Positions 12,860 through 25,600 of a stretch of 64,000 bases of DNA are shown here, piece by piece. Under the pieces are notes generated by a model that was given only the letters and a program-made list of their open reading frames with translations, made no database searches and was not told the DNA's origin. Location of the stretch: assembly GCA_013265495.1 (NCBI GenBank), contig MU058065.1:2395003-2459002 (forward strand), written 5' to 3'. Source of the DNA: Vicugna vicugna. Lineage: Eukaryota. Position 1 is the stretch's first letter. The number at the start of each line of letters is the position of its first letter. The position numbers and the translations under genes are program-made.

Positions 12860-13340
12860 CAGTGGTTCTCTAAGTGTGGTCTGGGTACCATTCGGAATCA
12901 TGAAGACTTTCCAGAGTTCCACAAAGCCAAACCTATCTTCACAATAGCACAGTGATATTATTTGCCCTTTTCACATGACTGTTCCAATTTTCTCGAGGCA
13001 AACATGACCTGGGAGAGGGCAACAGACTGAATACAAAAGCAGTAAGGAGAGTCCAGCTGTCTTCTGTTGAGTTAGGCATTAAGGAAATTTGCCAAAATGT
13101 AAAACAATGCCTCTCTTCTCACTGATTGTTTTGCTTTGTGAAATATTGTTACTGTTTATAAAAAAGTTATTTCTGTTAATGTGTAATAGATTGGTTATAA
13201 TTTTTAGGTGAATTAATAAGTATCTAAAATTTTTCTCTAGTTAAATTCATAATACAGTAAACATCAGTGGATACAACCTACATAAACAAAAGGTTTTTGG
13301 GGCAGAATTTTTAAGAGTGAAAATGAGTCACAGACAGGTT
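12860..13340. mobile_element. hAT-Charlie DNA transposon relic (Charlie4a-like)
   Basis: Begins with the Charlie terminus CAGTGGTTCTC-AAGTGTGGTC; internal CCAGCTGTCTTCT...TTTGCCAAAATGTAAAACAATGCC. Confidence 0.7.
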
Positions 13341-15570
13341 CTGGTACGTTAATGCAGGTGTAAGTGCTCAGCGGCTGTTGCCTCTCATCTGCCATTATTG
13401 TCACGTGGTAGGGAAGCAGAAGTGGCCCTCCTTATTGCCTGGCACCTCTAGGCCTTTTGGTGAGGGCCACTTTGTGACTCCCTGTATCTCCCCTGCTTCA
13501 GTCCTGACTCTTGCTGACTCTTACACTAGGAAACTAGAAGATGCTTACAGCATCCTGCCTGGTACCTACACACAGAAGATGGTCCTGGCTTCCACTGGGC
13601 CAGTGATCCAGGTTTTTGGTGCAGAGATTTCATACCTTGTGCATCTTGGGGCTGTGTTTGCCACCTGGATATTACTGATTACATCAACCTTGTACTTCTA
13701 CACCCTGCCTTTGTTTAGAAATCTCTGCCCTGGAAAACAATGCTAGGGTTATTGTGTTTGGGGATCCCCATGTCTCTGAGCCCCATGCACTTCAACATTT
13801 TACTGGGAAGAATTTACTACTGAATGATTGACAGTGTTGATGGAAGGAAGATTTTAAACATTTGTTCCTTCATTTATTTTCTTCCTTCCTTTCTTTCCTG
13901 CAAGAAGACAGCAGCGAGGATTTATAGGGTGAAGTTTGAAAGGCTTTGGGAACACCCTTCATAAAATTGCATATGGATATTGCTTAATGCAGTCCAAATG
14001 CTTCTGAAAAGTTGAGGTGACTTTTAAAACCATGTTGTGAACAAAATAGGGAAATTACCCCTTGAAAGAAACTCAGACGGTGCCCCCTTTTGAAATATGA
14101 GTAAGCATCTTGTGTTGCAAATCCAATTCTCATGTGTGTTATTTATCTAAAGTGAGATAGACTTACGCTAAAAAAAAAAAGGATTTTTTTTTGTGTGTGA
14201 TTTTTACATCTGACTTGTGAGAGAGAGAGAGAGAGAGACCTTCTCAAGCTGAACTGTGAAGTCCTTCCTTTATTTGAAATCATGTTGAAAATAGCATGAG
14301 TTTTCCTACATCGAGTAATTCCAAGTTTTTCATGTTCATCATAATCTCATTGTATTACAGAGAAATAGGAAAGGTGAGAAGAGGTTGCTGAGGGTGAGGG
14401 AGGTACCTAACTGTGAGCCTGGAGATCCTGCCATGACCACCTTCCCCAAACACAGTATATCAGTTTTATTGTCTGAGGCTTAATGGTGATAAGTGTGTGG
14501 TTATTTAGGTGGTTTAGGTTCCAGCTGAAGAGTGAAGTAGCCTGTTAGAGTCGCTGGAGTTTCCTCCTCTGAGGCTTGGTCTGGGCTGCTGGTCCGCGGT
14601 TCCCGTGGGGTAGAGGGGTTGGGAATAGGGTTGGAAATGACCCTCCATGGGGTTTTACTTCTCCCAAGAGCGCTCACCCATAACAGGCCCTTCCCCTGGG
14701 CCTCCCAGCACCACCAGTGAGACTTGTGTTTACTCCTCACCAGGATCGTTACTTCTGAGTTCCCAGTACTGGTTTTTGTGACAAACACTGTCAACACCTT
14801 ACAATTTTTAAGTGGTATTTTACTAACAGCAAGTGGAAGGAAATGTTCAGCAGAGTGCAGATCTGCCACACTGTTTCCAATGCCTGTCCTTTGGGGTCCC
14901 ATGAATTATTTTATTACGGACAAAGACATAATAGATAAAGTTGAACCTCCCCACCAAAGAAAGAAAGAAATGCCCTGTAGGAGTCCCCAGAGGTAAGCGT
15001 GTCTTGACATCTCTATGAGTCATTCTTGAGTTTTATTTCGCTGTTGCTGCACAGAGATTCTCCCAGGGCGGAGACTTCCCTGGGATTCCTGCTTTCCTGA
15101 GGCCTTTCCTTGCGAGCCATTTGCTCAGGAGAAACTCCTTTTCTACCGTTTGCAGCCCCAGATCCTGTGATGTAAAGGAGTGTGTGCAGATATCAGAGGC
15201 AAACACCCCTAAAATCCTCTCAGGGGTCTTCTAAACTGTCTTGCCAGCACTCTGACTAGCCAAAGAGTGCTTACTGCGTGCCTGCTAACAGTGGGCTAGA
15301 GGAAGAATTTTAACAGTGGCAAGGGGGTACTGCAAATTGTTGACGTTAGACATGAAATGCCGCTGACTGCTATGAGGAAGCTGGCCTTCAAAAAAAATCT
15401 CCGACAAAGTCCCAGGTCTGAAAACTTCCCAACAGGTAGAGCTGGGTTCTAAAATAGCTCCCTCTAAAAAGTTTCTGAAAACTGCCTAGGGGAAAACAAT
15501 ACAGTCAGCGCGCTGGGGCGTAGACCTGTGTTACATTAGGTCAAGAGCAAGGAAGTCAGGATCCCACTTT

Positions 15571-15957
15571 TTTTTTCTTTTACTATGTTTTTTGTTAAAG
15601 TATGGTCAATGTACAATATTATATAAGTTAGAGGTGTATAATATAGTGATTCATAGTTTTTGAAGTTTAGACTCCAATTATAGTTACAAAATATTGGGTA
15701 TATTCCTTGTGTTGTACGATATATCCTTGTAGCTTGTTTTATACATAGCAGTTTTTTTTAACATTTTTTATTGATTTATAATCATTTTACAATTATACAT
15801 AATAGTTTTAAAAAATTTTTTTATTGAGTTATAGTTAGTTTACAATGTGTCAATTTCCAGTGTAGAGCACAATTTTTCAGTTATACATGGACATGCATAT
15901 ATATTCATTGTCGCATTGTTTTTCACCATGAGCTACCACAAGATCTTGTATATATTT
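15571..15957 (-). mobile_element. Composite of three L1 3' ends inside one TSD
   Basis: Outer TSD TCAGGAT(C/T)CCACTTT at 15556-15570 and 15958-15972; inner 39-bp L1 tip with its own TSD; see findings. Confidence 0.85.
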
Positions 15958-16437
15958 TCAGGATTCCACTTTTAATGCTCTTGTTGGATCTTCTCTAGCA
16001 GGGCTTCTGGACTGGTGAGAGATGGTGTGTGTGGGGCGAGGTTCTGTGACCTCTTAGATCCAGTGGGAGCCTTCCTTTTACACTGGGTTTGTCAAGCAGC
16101 AGGAACTCAGGCCTCAGTTTACAAACTTTCGAGCTTGGGCCCTTTGCATACTCGTCCTTGTGTGGTGTGGAGGTGGGTGGGGGCAGGGGACGGGGGACCT
16201 CAAGGAATAAAAATGACTCATCCAGATCATTGTAGATTAAAAATCTTGTTTTGCATTAAAACATGAATATATTTGGGTCCAAGATGCAAAATTCACATAA
16301 ACTTTAAAGATAAAAACCTAAAAAATAGCTTGTTTATGGCTAGTGGCTTAAGGCTCACCTGCCGGGTCTCACAAGGCTCCCTGCCTTTTCTGCTGTTACA
16401 GTTATTTGGGTAGAAAAATGTGAGACAGTGTTCCAAG

Positions 16438-16638
16438 GCAGGTGTCAAAAACATTTTCCTGTAAAGGGCTGGGTTGCACATATTTTGGGCTTCCTGGGCC
16501 CTACAGTGCTCAGTTCTTCTACAGTGGAGCAGAAGCAGCCACGGCCAAGATGCAAATGGCTGTGACTGTGTTTTAGTAAAACTTTACTTACAAAAACAGA
16601 TGGCTGGCCAGAATTCAGTGGAGGCGATAGTTTGTTCT
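16438..16638. mobile_element. MER58A-like hAT MITE
   Basis: TTTCCTGTAAAGGGC...TAAAACTTTACTTACAAAAACAG...GGCCAGAATT...TAGTTTG resembles MER58A. Confidence 0.75.
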
Positions 16639-16639
16639 T

Positions 16640-16800
16640 TTCTCTCTCTTTTTTTTCAATTTTAATCTAATTTAATTTTTCTTGAGGAGGAAGTAATTAG
16701 GTTTACTCATTATTTATTTTTAGAGGAGGCACTGGGGATTGGACCCAGAACCTCCTGCATGCTAAGCATGCACTCTACCACTTGAGTTATACCCTTTCCC
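16640..16800 (-). mobile_element. tRNA-Ala-derived SINE (vic-1-like), copy 1
   Basis: Reverse complement has A-box, CTTAGCATGCA anticodon arm, B-box and the AAACCTAATTAC tail shared with other copies. Confidence 0.85.
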
Positions 16801-16804
16801 GTCG

Positions 16805-16970
16805 TATTTTAAAATTAATGTTATCTTTTTATTTATTTATTTTTGTGTGAGGGGAGACAATTAGGTTTATTTTAATTAATTAATTTATTCTTTAATGGAG
16901 GTACTGGGGGTTGGACCCAGGACTCTGTGCATGCTAAGCTTGTGCTCTGCCACTGAGCTATCCCCTCTCG
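16805..16970 (-). mobile_element. tRNA-Ala-derived SINE (vic-1-like), copy 2, tandem to copy 1
   Basis: Same structure as copy 1. Confidence 0.85.
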
Positions 16971-17084
16971 TGATGTGGTGGTTTGTTCTGTAGACTCATG
17001 TTCTAAGGCAACGTCCATTAATTCATGCATATGTGTATTTGACAAATAAATTGGATACCTGCCCTATGACAGGCAGTGTTCCTG

Positions 17085-17240
17085 GCGGGACTGGCTACAT
17101 AGTTTGTGACGCCCAGGGCGAAATGAAAGTGTAGAGTCTCTTGTTCATAATTTATTGAGAATTTGGAGACAGTGGCAGCCGAGCGTTAAATCAAGGGTGG
17201 TGCCCTTCTGAACCCAGGGCTCTTGTGTCTGCAGAACGAG
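17085..17240. mobile_element. MER45A-like hAT-Tip100 MITE
   Basis: GGCTACATAGTTTGTG...CCCAGGGCGAAATGAAA...CTTGTTCA...GCCCTTCTGA resembles MER45A. Confidence 0.7.
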
Positions 17241-18114
17241 GTCTGGGTCTAGGCCCCCGAGGTCATGCCTGACAAGCCAGGAGCTCCCCTGCTCTCCTGG
17301 AGCCTGCATTCTCGGGAGGAGGTTCTCCAAACTTTCTAAGTATGTATTTTGTACCCAGCACACAGAAGAGGGTTATGCCGTAAAGCATTTGTTACTCATC
17401 ATCTCACTTGTACTTTGTAGGAGTTGCAGATGTGGTGTGGGGGCCCCTTCCAGGCCTGTGGAACAGGGAGCAGGACTGGCCTTGGTGGCCACTGGGGGCC
17501 CTGTCACCCCATCCCTTCACGGCCTGAGGGCTGGGACCATTCCTGCAGCTCTCTCTGCCTGGGCTCAGTTACTTCCTGAACCAGTTCTGACCGGACAGAG
17601 AGTTTAGAACCACATCCATCCTTCCGCCTTTGCCTTAAATCAGATCCTTAGATTAGTGCTTCTGCTGCTGGCGTTGCTTTTGTCCGCGTTCCCATGAAGC
17701 ACTGGGCACAGGGCACCATGGCTTCCCTGGCCCCTCCCAGGTCTGCCCCGATCATCAGATCTGGTGTAATTTGTCAGCTTAGACCTTGTGTGTTATTTCC
17801 CCGTTTGCGTAAAATGAGGAGACAGGTATGCCTACTTACAAACAAAACACATCCAGAAGGATATGCTAGAGACAGTGACTGTTTCCGGGAAGGGCTCTAA
17901 ACATATGGTGTGGCAGAAAGATTCACTCTTTATGGCATGTTCTATTAGACATTTCAGGTTTTTCTATTTGGATGGAATTCCTTTTAAATTATATGAAAAA
18001 TGACTTTAAAAATATTTCCATTTATACTACTTCTCCAGCAGAACTCTGTTTTGTTTTTACCTTCCTAAGCTTGGATGTGTCTGGAATTGGGATGGAAGCA
18101 GAAGTTTCCTTAGA

Positions 18115-18220
18115 ACACATACACACACGCATGCATGTATACACATCCATGTACACACACCCATGAATATGCACAGACACACATCCATGTACACACATCC
18201 ACGTACACACACACAGACAT
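18115..18220. repeat. Degenerate (CA)/ACACATCCATGT low-complexity repeat
   Basis: ACACATCCA(T/C)GTACAC recurs three times among CA runs. Confidence 0.8.
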
Positions 18221-21200
18221 GTTCTCTCCTTTTTCCTCTTTAACTTGGGCTCTTGACCAGGCTTCCAGGACTCCTGATTGTACCTTGCTTTTGAATGAGA
18301 ACAGAATAGCTGAGGGAAAAAATGTGATCCATCTTTCTCATTTCACCGACTCTGACCACTTTTGGTAATGAGATAAAATAGCATTTCTCGTCGCTTCAAA
18401 GGATAGAGCCATTAGAGTACAGAGATGTTTGTCAGGTCATCTGGGTTTGGCCTCCCTGCATTATGTAGGCAGCGGAACATTCTCGCAAGACTGAGAAGTC
18501 ATGTCCCTGAAAAGTCAGGAAGGACCAGTCAAAGCCGGTATCGGATTCAGATTATGACTGAGTGTTTCTGCCCCAATTTCAGTGTCTGCTGCCCACCCAC
18601 AGCTTCCCTTGCCTTCCTTGAGGAAAAAAAAAATCAAGGAAGCACCTTTTCTTTATGTAACCGAAGCTATGAGAAGAGACGTGGAAAAAAATGGTTTCTT
18701 TCAGGAGGAATGTCAGAATGTCTTCCGGTGGCAGAGACGTCTTTGTTGTGTGAATGGCGAGCTACCCGACATACATACAGCATCTCAGGAAGCCTTCAGG
18801 TGCTCACTTGTAAAGGCGGGTGTGGGTTGTGGGTGTGACAGGCGGCAGGAAATGCAGTGAGGCAGATAGCTCCAGGCCCTGTGTGCAGGCTCTGTGATCC
18901 AGACACTCTGCTCTTTGCTCTCATGACCAGGTCACTTAAATTTTCCTGAAGATTAAATGAGCCAATATGGTTCAGCCCTTAGTTCGAGGCCTGGTACCTG
19001 ACATGCACTCCCTAAAGATTAGCCAGGCTGTTTTTAAGAGAACTAGGAAAAAAAAAAAAAAAACTAATGAAAACCTTAAAGATGGTTCTTAAGTTTGTTT
19101 GTGTTTTAATGAGAAATTTATTTGAACAGATGAAATAAAGAAACAAAATATCACAGACTCCAAATATTGGAGAGGTGGGAGGAGATGAGGGTTAGTGTAG
19201 CATCACATTAAAAAAAAAGTGTGATTCCAAACTCAGTGTGTGTATACAACGTTTTCCTTTTATTTCTTTTTTTTAATTGTAATGCTTTTATTAGGATATT
19301 GTTAATTGCAGATAAAAGAAACTACACGCATGGAAAAAGGAAAACACTCAGAAATGCTATTACAAATTAGTCAAATTAGGAGGAGGAGAAAGATTTCTTC
19401 AGTGTATACCGGATATAAACATCTGCCCTGAGATTTCCCACAGATGGCACAGTCCACAAGGACTTATTTGGAATAAAAATGTCTATCGAGTCTCCAGTAA
19501 TAGCCTCTATAATGCCTGCAAACTTCCTTTTATTTCTTGAACAAGTACTTACCTTCAGTTTCTTTATAAGAAGTTAGATTCTGAGTCCCAAGTGCCCTGT
19601 GTATGAGTCCCACCTTTCTAAGTCTGCTTGGCCTCACGATTTGGATGCCTTAAGAATTCAGAAAGTCCCAGCTACATGAACCATCCTGGCAAAGTGTGAG
19701 AGGGGAAGGGGAGGCTTGACTGTGTAACAAGGCCAGTCTGTCTCTCACAGGGGATTTGGACTTTGAAAGGACGTGATGGATGTGATGGATGTACCACCTC
19801 CTACTCTCTTAAATTCTGTTCACGACTGTAGGCATGGCTGTCAAGTTGTGAAGGCCCGGGGGACAGACTTTTAATGAGTGTTGAGTAGGCTGCAGTAGGA
19901 AGAGAAAGGAAGGTTCTTACTAAGTGTTTAGGTGGTCATTACCGTGCATGGTGCTGCGTTTAGCCTCGCAATCATAGCCTCTTGAACAAAGCTGGTCCTG
20001 ACCTCAAAAAATTCACACTAAGAAAGATCAAATAAAGCACCACTATGAAATATGAATGGGATCCTAAGTTATTAATGTTTCATTCAACTTCAAAGTCATA
20101 CTGAACATTGCCTGGAAGTTCTGCTCCCTATTTCCAGGTTCTTTTTCCTCCTTGAATGATCTGAAACAGAACCAAAGGCCAGTCTGCCTCTCAAAAGACT
20201 CCCGGAGATCTAATTAGGGGCATCTTGACTCTAAGGCAAAATTAAAGCACCAACACATACTGTTGATATATCCTGAGTTGATTATTCTGTCCAGAGCAAA
20301 TGATAAGTGAAGAAATAGTATGTGAATCACTTTTGAGGGTTTTTTTTTTCCATTTGTTAACCTTGTGCTCTTAACTGGGGAGGCTATTAGAAAAGAAAAG
20401 AAAATTCTACAAGTATAAGATCTGTTTCTTGATTACAAGATTATTTGTGTTGTTGGAAAGAAATTTCTTCCAGGCATAGCAGATCTCAACAACTATGAGA
20501 GTGGATAATTAAGCTCCGAAGTCTGTCGTTCAGATTATATAACCACTGCAGGCATCCGTGGGGGAGGACATGGGAGGGGCTGAGGGGAGAGACAGGCGTT
20601 GGGCTGAGTCTGGAAAGGCAGGTGACCCTGCCTTCAGCTTTTCAGAAAAGGGTGTGCGTGTGTGTGTCTGGTATGTATGTGAGTGGGAAGGAGTTAATAA
20701 GTAGACTACATGGAAAGGTAGTATTAAGGAAATGCAAATCCAGGAGGAGAGCCAGAACGTCTACCACCAGCAACTGGTTTCTTCTTGTTTCTTCCATCTC
20801 CAGCTCCATCCTCCAGTCAACTCCATCAGGAAATTTTTCACTCAGCGTGTGTAGGGAATGATGGCTCTCACATGTGGACTTTCCAGATAATTAAAAATGA
20901 TGAACTTTTTTTCTTGTTCTTTTAGAGTCAATAAACGATGCCTTCCTTAAACATTTTAGGAAATGGGTCAAAAGTAACTTGAGGCTTGTCCAACGTCAGG
21001 AGGAACCTCCCTTCACTTAAAACTTGGGGTTTTGGAGATGAGTTATCTTCTTGGCAGCCAAGAAACAATGGTACTGAAGTTGCAGGTGTATTTAGGCTTG
21101 TGTGCGTGTATTTTGTCTCTGAGTGGGTTAGTTTCCTCGTGTATCTCTGAAAATCCAAATGCTGTTACACCCTTGCACTGCCCTCTGTGTCTGCTCCCAC

Positions 21201-22549
21201 GCGCTCTTCCTCCACCATGTTCATGAAAGTTTTGAAAAAGGAAGCTTATTTTCATAGCATGAGACAAACATCCCTAGAAAGACAGAGGAACATGATGCTT
21301 GGACGGGTTGCAGGACTGGAGGATAAGGAGATTCAGGTCCTGCACCCAGCTGCAGGTGGTCACACAGCTGTGACCTTGACCAGGTGGCATGACTTCCTGG
21401 TGCCTGTCTTCGCCTGTCACTTGAGGTGAGCTGGGGCCCAAGGGCTAATCTTGAAAATCCTTTCTGGCTCTCACAGTCTGTTATCAGCTACAAGAAAGTC
21501 ATATGCCTCTCCAAGGCCAATGCACATTGTTTTATGAATGTGTCAGAGTCAAGCCACACAGGCCTGATGCTAAGTTGTTGATCCTTGTGCCCTGGTGCCT
21601 CTGTGGATCAGGAGCTGGGCTCGTCTGAAGCGCAGCTCACAGGTGGGGTCATCGTGGACCGTGAATGTGCCAGGGCCTTGCGGACAGGGCCCGTGTCACT
21701 GTATGCGGAGTCATCGCGTTGCTCACAGACCTGTTTGTGTATGTGTTGAAGTTCTGGAGAAAGTGCAGTTTTGACTTCAATCAAGTCGAACGTAAAAGAA
21801 GCGCAGTGTTACTATTTTGCTGTAGGTCCCCACTTCTGAATCCCGACTGCGGCTTGTCCCCAGGATTAGAGATGGTTAAGAGATACAAAGGAGACAGAAA
21901 TGATTTTGCTTCTGATCCTACAGGGAGGGAAAACAGAAATAGAGCAGCTGCATGCTACCCCAAGCTGTGGGTTTCTTCCAAGAATGCTGGAAATAAAGAC
22001 GTGGCGGGGAGGGTTTCGGGTACACGGGGAAGTGTACGTTGTATGAGAGTCTCTGAAAGGGAGTTTTGGGCTTGGCTCGGTGAGGAGTGTGTTTCAGGGA
22101 TGGGGCAGGAAGTGGGGAGCTCGGGTGTGAGATGGGTCCTAACAAGACATATTTTAGGGCCTGCAAGCAGGTTGGCGGGGCTGCATGTGGGAATAAATTT
22201 GGAAAGCGCATCCAACACACACGCACCCCTCCTGGAAACCTGGTTCCTGAGAAAAAATGGAGTCATTTGGCGGAGGATGTTGAATGACAGAGGTTTTCTC
22301 CTTGTCATTTGTCGGGAGGACAGTCCAAGAAGGTCTGGCTTTTTTACTTTTCTTTTCAGGAGGATTTTAAAGTGAAATTTAAAGTTTTATGTTCATCTTC
22401 TTTTTTATTAGGTAAGTTGAACAATCACATATATGTCTCAGAAAAACTTGAGTCTATCTTTGGTAAATTTTTTTTTTAACACCTTCTATTGCATGAACCT
22501 GCTGATTGTCAACTTGGATGTTGGCAATGCCAAATTGTTATAAAGTTTT

Positions 22550-22650
22550 CCTTTGTATTTCGAGATATAACTGGACATACAACATTTTATTAGTTTCAGG
22601 TGTATAACATAATGATTCAATATGTGTGTATATTGTGAAATGATCACTGA
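22550..22650 (-). mobile_element. L1 3' tip
   Basis: GAGATATAACTGGACATACAACATT...TTTCAGGTGTATAACATAATGATTC...TTGTGAAATGATCAC is an antisense L1 3'UTR end. Confidence 0.7.
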
Positions 22651-25600
22651 ATGTCCATGATCATTTTTAAAGGAAATCCAGGCAATAAATATTTATATGT
22701 TATTGCTTGATAAAACTGAAACCATTAAACTTATTGAAGAAGAAAACACTTTAAAACATAATGGACCAAATGTGGACATTTCAACTCTGGCTCCTTTGCA
22801 TTTGGAAAGCATTTGGAAAAAGAGTTATCCAGTGTCAATTGCAAGTCAAATAACTTTTAGTCTGAGAGAAAACCTTTTTAAATTGACTTTCTTTGTAGTA
22901 ATGGATTTGTCTGAGTAACTGTTGTTGATCCATATTTATTAGTGAAAGCAATATCAAAAGTGCCTTTTAAATCATGATAGTAAGTAATTTTTGGAGCAAC
23001 CAGCTTAGCAAATGTTGTGTCAATTTTGTTGATGAAAGATTTTGCATTGGTGCAATCTCTGCTCCACATAAGTCAGTTTTGGGGTCAAAACACTGTTATC
23101 TGACAGACTCCACTAAATCTTTCTAACAAGAGTTACATCAAGACTTTTAAACAAAATCAGCTTTTAAATCCCACTTTCCTGAGCTCCTTTTTATAACCAG
23201 TGACGATAATTGTGTTTTATCAGTAAGAATTCAAATAAAAGAATGTTTACGGTAACTAACTATAATAATCATTCTATTTTTAGCAAATATTTACAACATG
23301 AATGCTTCTATGGTATAGTTCCAATTTAGAACTATATTCTGTCCTAGAGTCTTGGCTACAGAAGCTAAACACTTGAGCAAGTGACAAAAAAAGACAAATT
23401 CTTTTTTTTTTAATTAACTGTGAAATGAGATACTCACAAAAAGAATAGAACTTTCTTTTCTTTACAAAGCACTTTTTTTCTCCTTACTTTTACTGAGATA
23501 TAATAGACCAAAGCATCTTGGGGTGGTGCTTTTTTTGGTAACACCCTTGATGGATTTATAATTAAATGTCAATTTCACTGCCAATTGCCGTAATTATTTA
23601 TAGGTGCCAATGACTTTATTCTGTAGCTGCACATTCCTAAAATTAGGTTAGATTTCTGAATTTTAAGACAACTGTATAAAATGTTGGGCAGGGGAAAGAA
23701 ATGAGGAAGTAGAGTGTGCTTTTCTCCCGCTGCCTGGTTCTCCACCGGGTGACATGAAGAATGGTTATTTCCAGTAAAAGTGACCCCAGACCACCTGTTG
23801 CATCCTCCCTTAAAAAAATGTCATGCTATTTGGCCGTTCTAATGAAAAAAGAAACAAGCGTCCAACCCTGACGATGTCAAGTCCATCTTCAGCCCTCTCA
23901 GCACATGGCTGAGTGCTCTGACCCCAGATGGGCCAGGCCAGTGCTGGGCGGGGGCTGATGTCCTCTGTGCTGCTTCTGTGTGGGGAGCCGGAGGCCAGCA
24001 GGTACAGAACACATGTAACCCTAGCCAATGCTTGTTTATTTACTGCCCAGCCTTAATCACATCGCATTGTAAAAGCAGAAAAAGGCACAGAGAGGAATTA
24101 TATGCTGAGATTTGAGCAGGAGGCTGGGTTCACCATCAAGTAATTAGCCCTGGAATTACTTGAATGGCAATTAAAATAGAATTAAACTATTTCCCCATGA
24201 CTGAAGCTCAAATCTGTGACGGTGAAATAATGTTCTCTTCAAAGTAGCTGGTACTTCTTCATATTTTCTGGGATAAGAGCCCTTTTGGAAATCTGCTGAA
24301 ATTTCTCGACCTTTTCCTTAGAGCAATGCCCATAAATCCAAAATATGCTTTTAGGAAGTCTTCTGACACCCTTTTCTCTTCCAGATTATCCTTAGACTTT
24401 AGGCGTTTCTTGTAAAGCTATAGAATCCTACCTGCATTCAACACCTACCCCTGCCACCAATAGCGTGATGAATCCGGGTCAGTCCTTTAAGTGTGTCAGC
24501 AATTTAATTACCATTATTATTATTATCATTTTGACTTCAATGTTGATACATCGCCTAGGTATGTGGATTAAACAGTGTAGTGTATATACATGTGTCCTGC
24601 CTTGTGCCCCCATGCAGCGGGTCATTTTTACTGAGAAATAATAATTGTCATGTGAAATACCATGTTTGTATTAGTTCGTCAGCAGATTTGAGTCTTCTTG
24701 GAGGAAAGTCTCCCTGAGAAGTTAGATGATGATCAGAAGATTCTTGGGGGAGCTTAGGACCAGAGAAGGGAGAGTTAGTGGGCCAGTGACAGCATCTCTA
24801 GTGTCATCTAACTCATAGCTGTTGTATCTGTCTCCTCTTGAGGTAACGAGGTCAACAGCAGACACTCATAGAGGCTGGATGGGCACCTTTTCCCCGGAGG
24901 TGTGCTCACACATTCTTCCAAATTGTCTTCTCTTCCAAGGACTCTAAGTAGACCACTGCTATTAACACCACTTTTTCAGACAGGCAACTGTAGACCTGGA
25001 GCCACTTTCTGGTTGTCATTCCAGCTGTGTTGTACTCCGACCACACCATGGTCATGTCCATTGGACCATGTCTTCTATCTTCACGCTGCCTATGGGTTCT
25101 TTAATTTTAATTGCCAAGCTATGGGGATTACCTGTAGTCTTTTGTGAATAGTCAGCAGTATGGTTGAGTCTAGTGCTATGCATCTGTGTTTAACACAGAC
25201 GCAAAAGACTCGTGTCGTGTAACCAGTCCCATGGACAGTGTGCGCATATGAAGACTGCGTTTGACAGTGGGGAGGACTGATGTGTGGATGGTGGGAAGAC
25301 CTCAGGCTTTACAGCCAGATCTGTGCTGGAATCCCTCCGCCATTTACTAGCCTTTCAGCTCAGTTGTTCACATGGGTATTAATGGTGCATCTGCCCATGG
25401 CCTCGAATGAACACTCACTATCTGTTCCTTGCTGGTGGTTATCATTATTGTGATGGCTGGTGGCTACTTACATTTCCTCTTTCTCTTAGCAGCGTAGCAG
25501 CGCTGTGGGTTCATGGCCTGCAAAGCCTGGCTTTGCTCAAAAAGGGCCATCAGATCTGTTGATTCACTTCTGACAAGTGATCAGTTGAAGTCATTGTTTT

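Noticed and set aside
21665..22375. 236-aa + strand ORF, the longest outside the CpG island
   Set aside because: No recognisable domain or retrocopy hallmarks (TSD, poly-A); intronic; compatible with chance.
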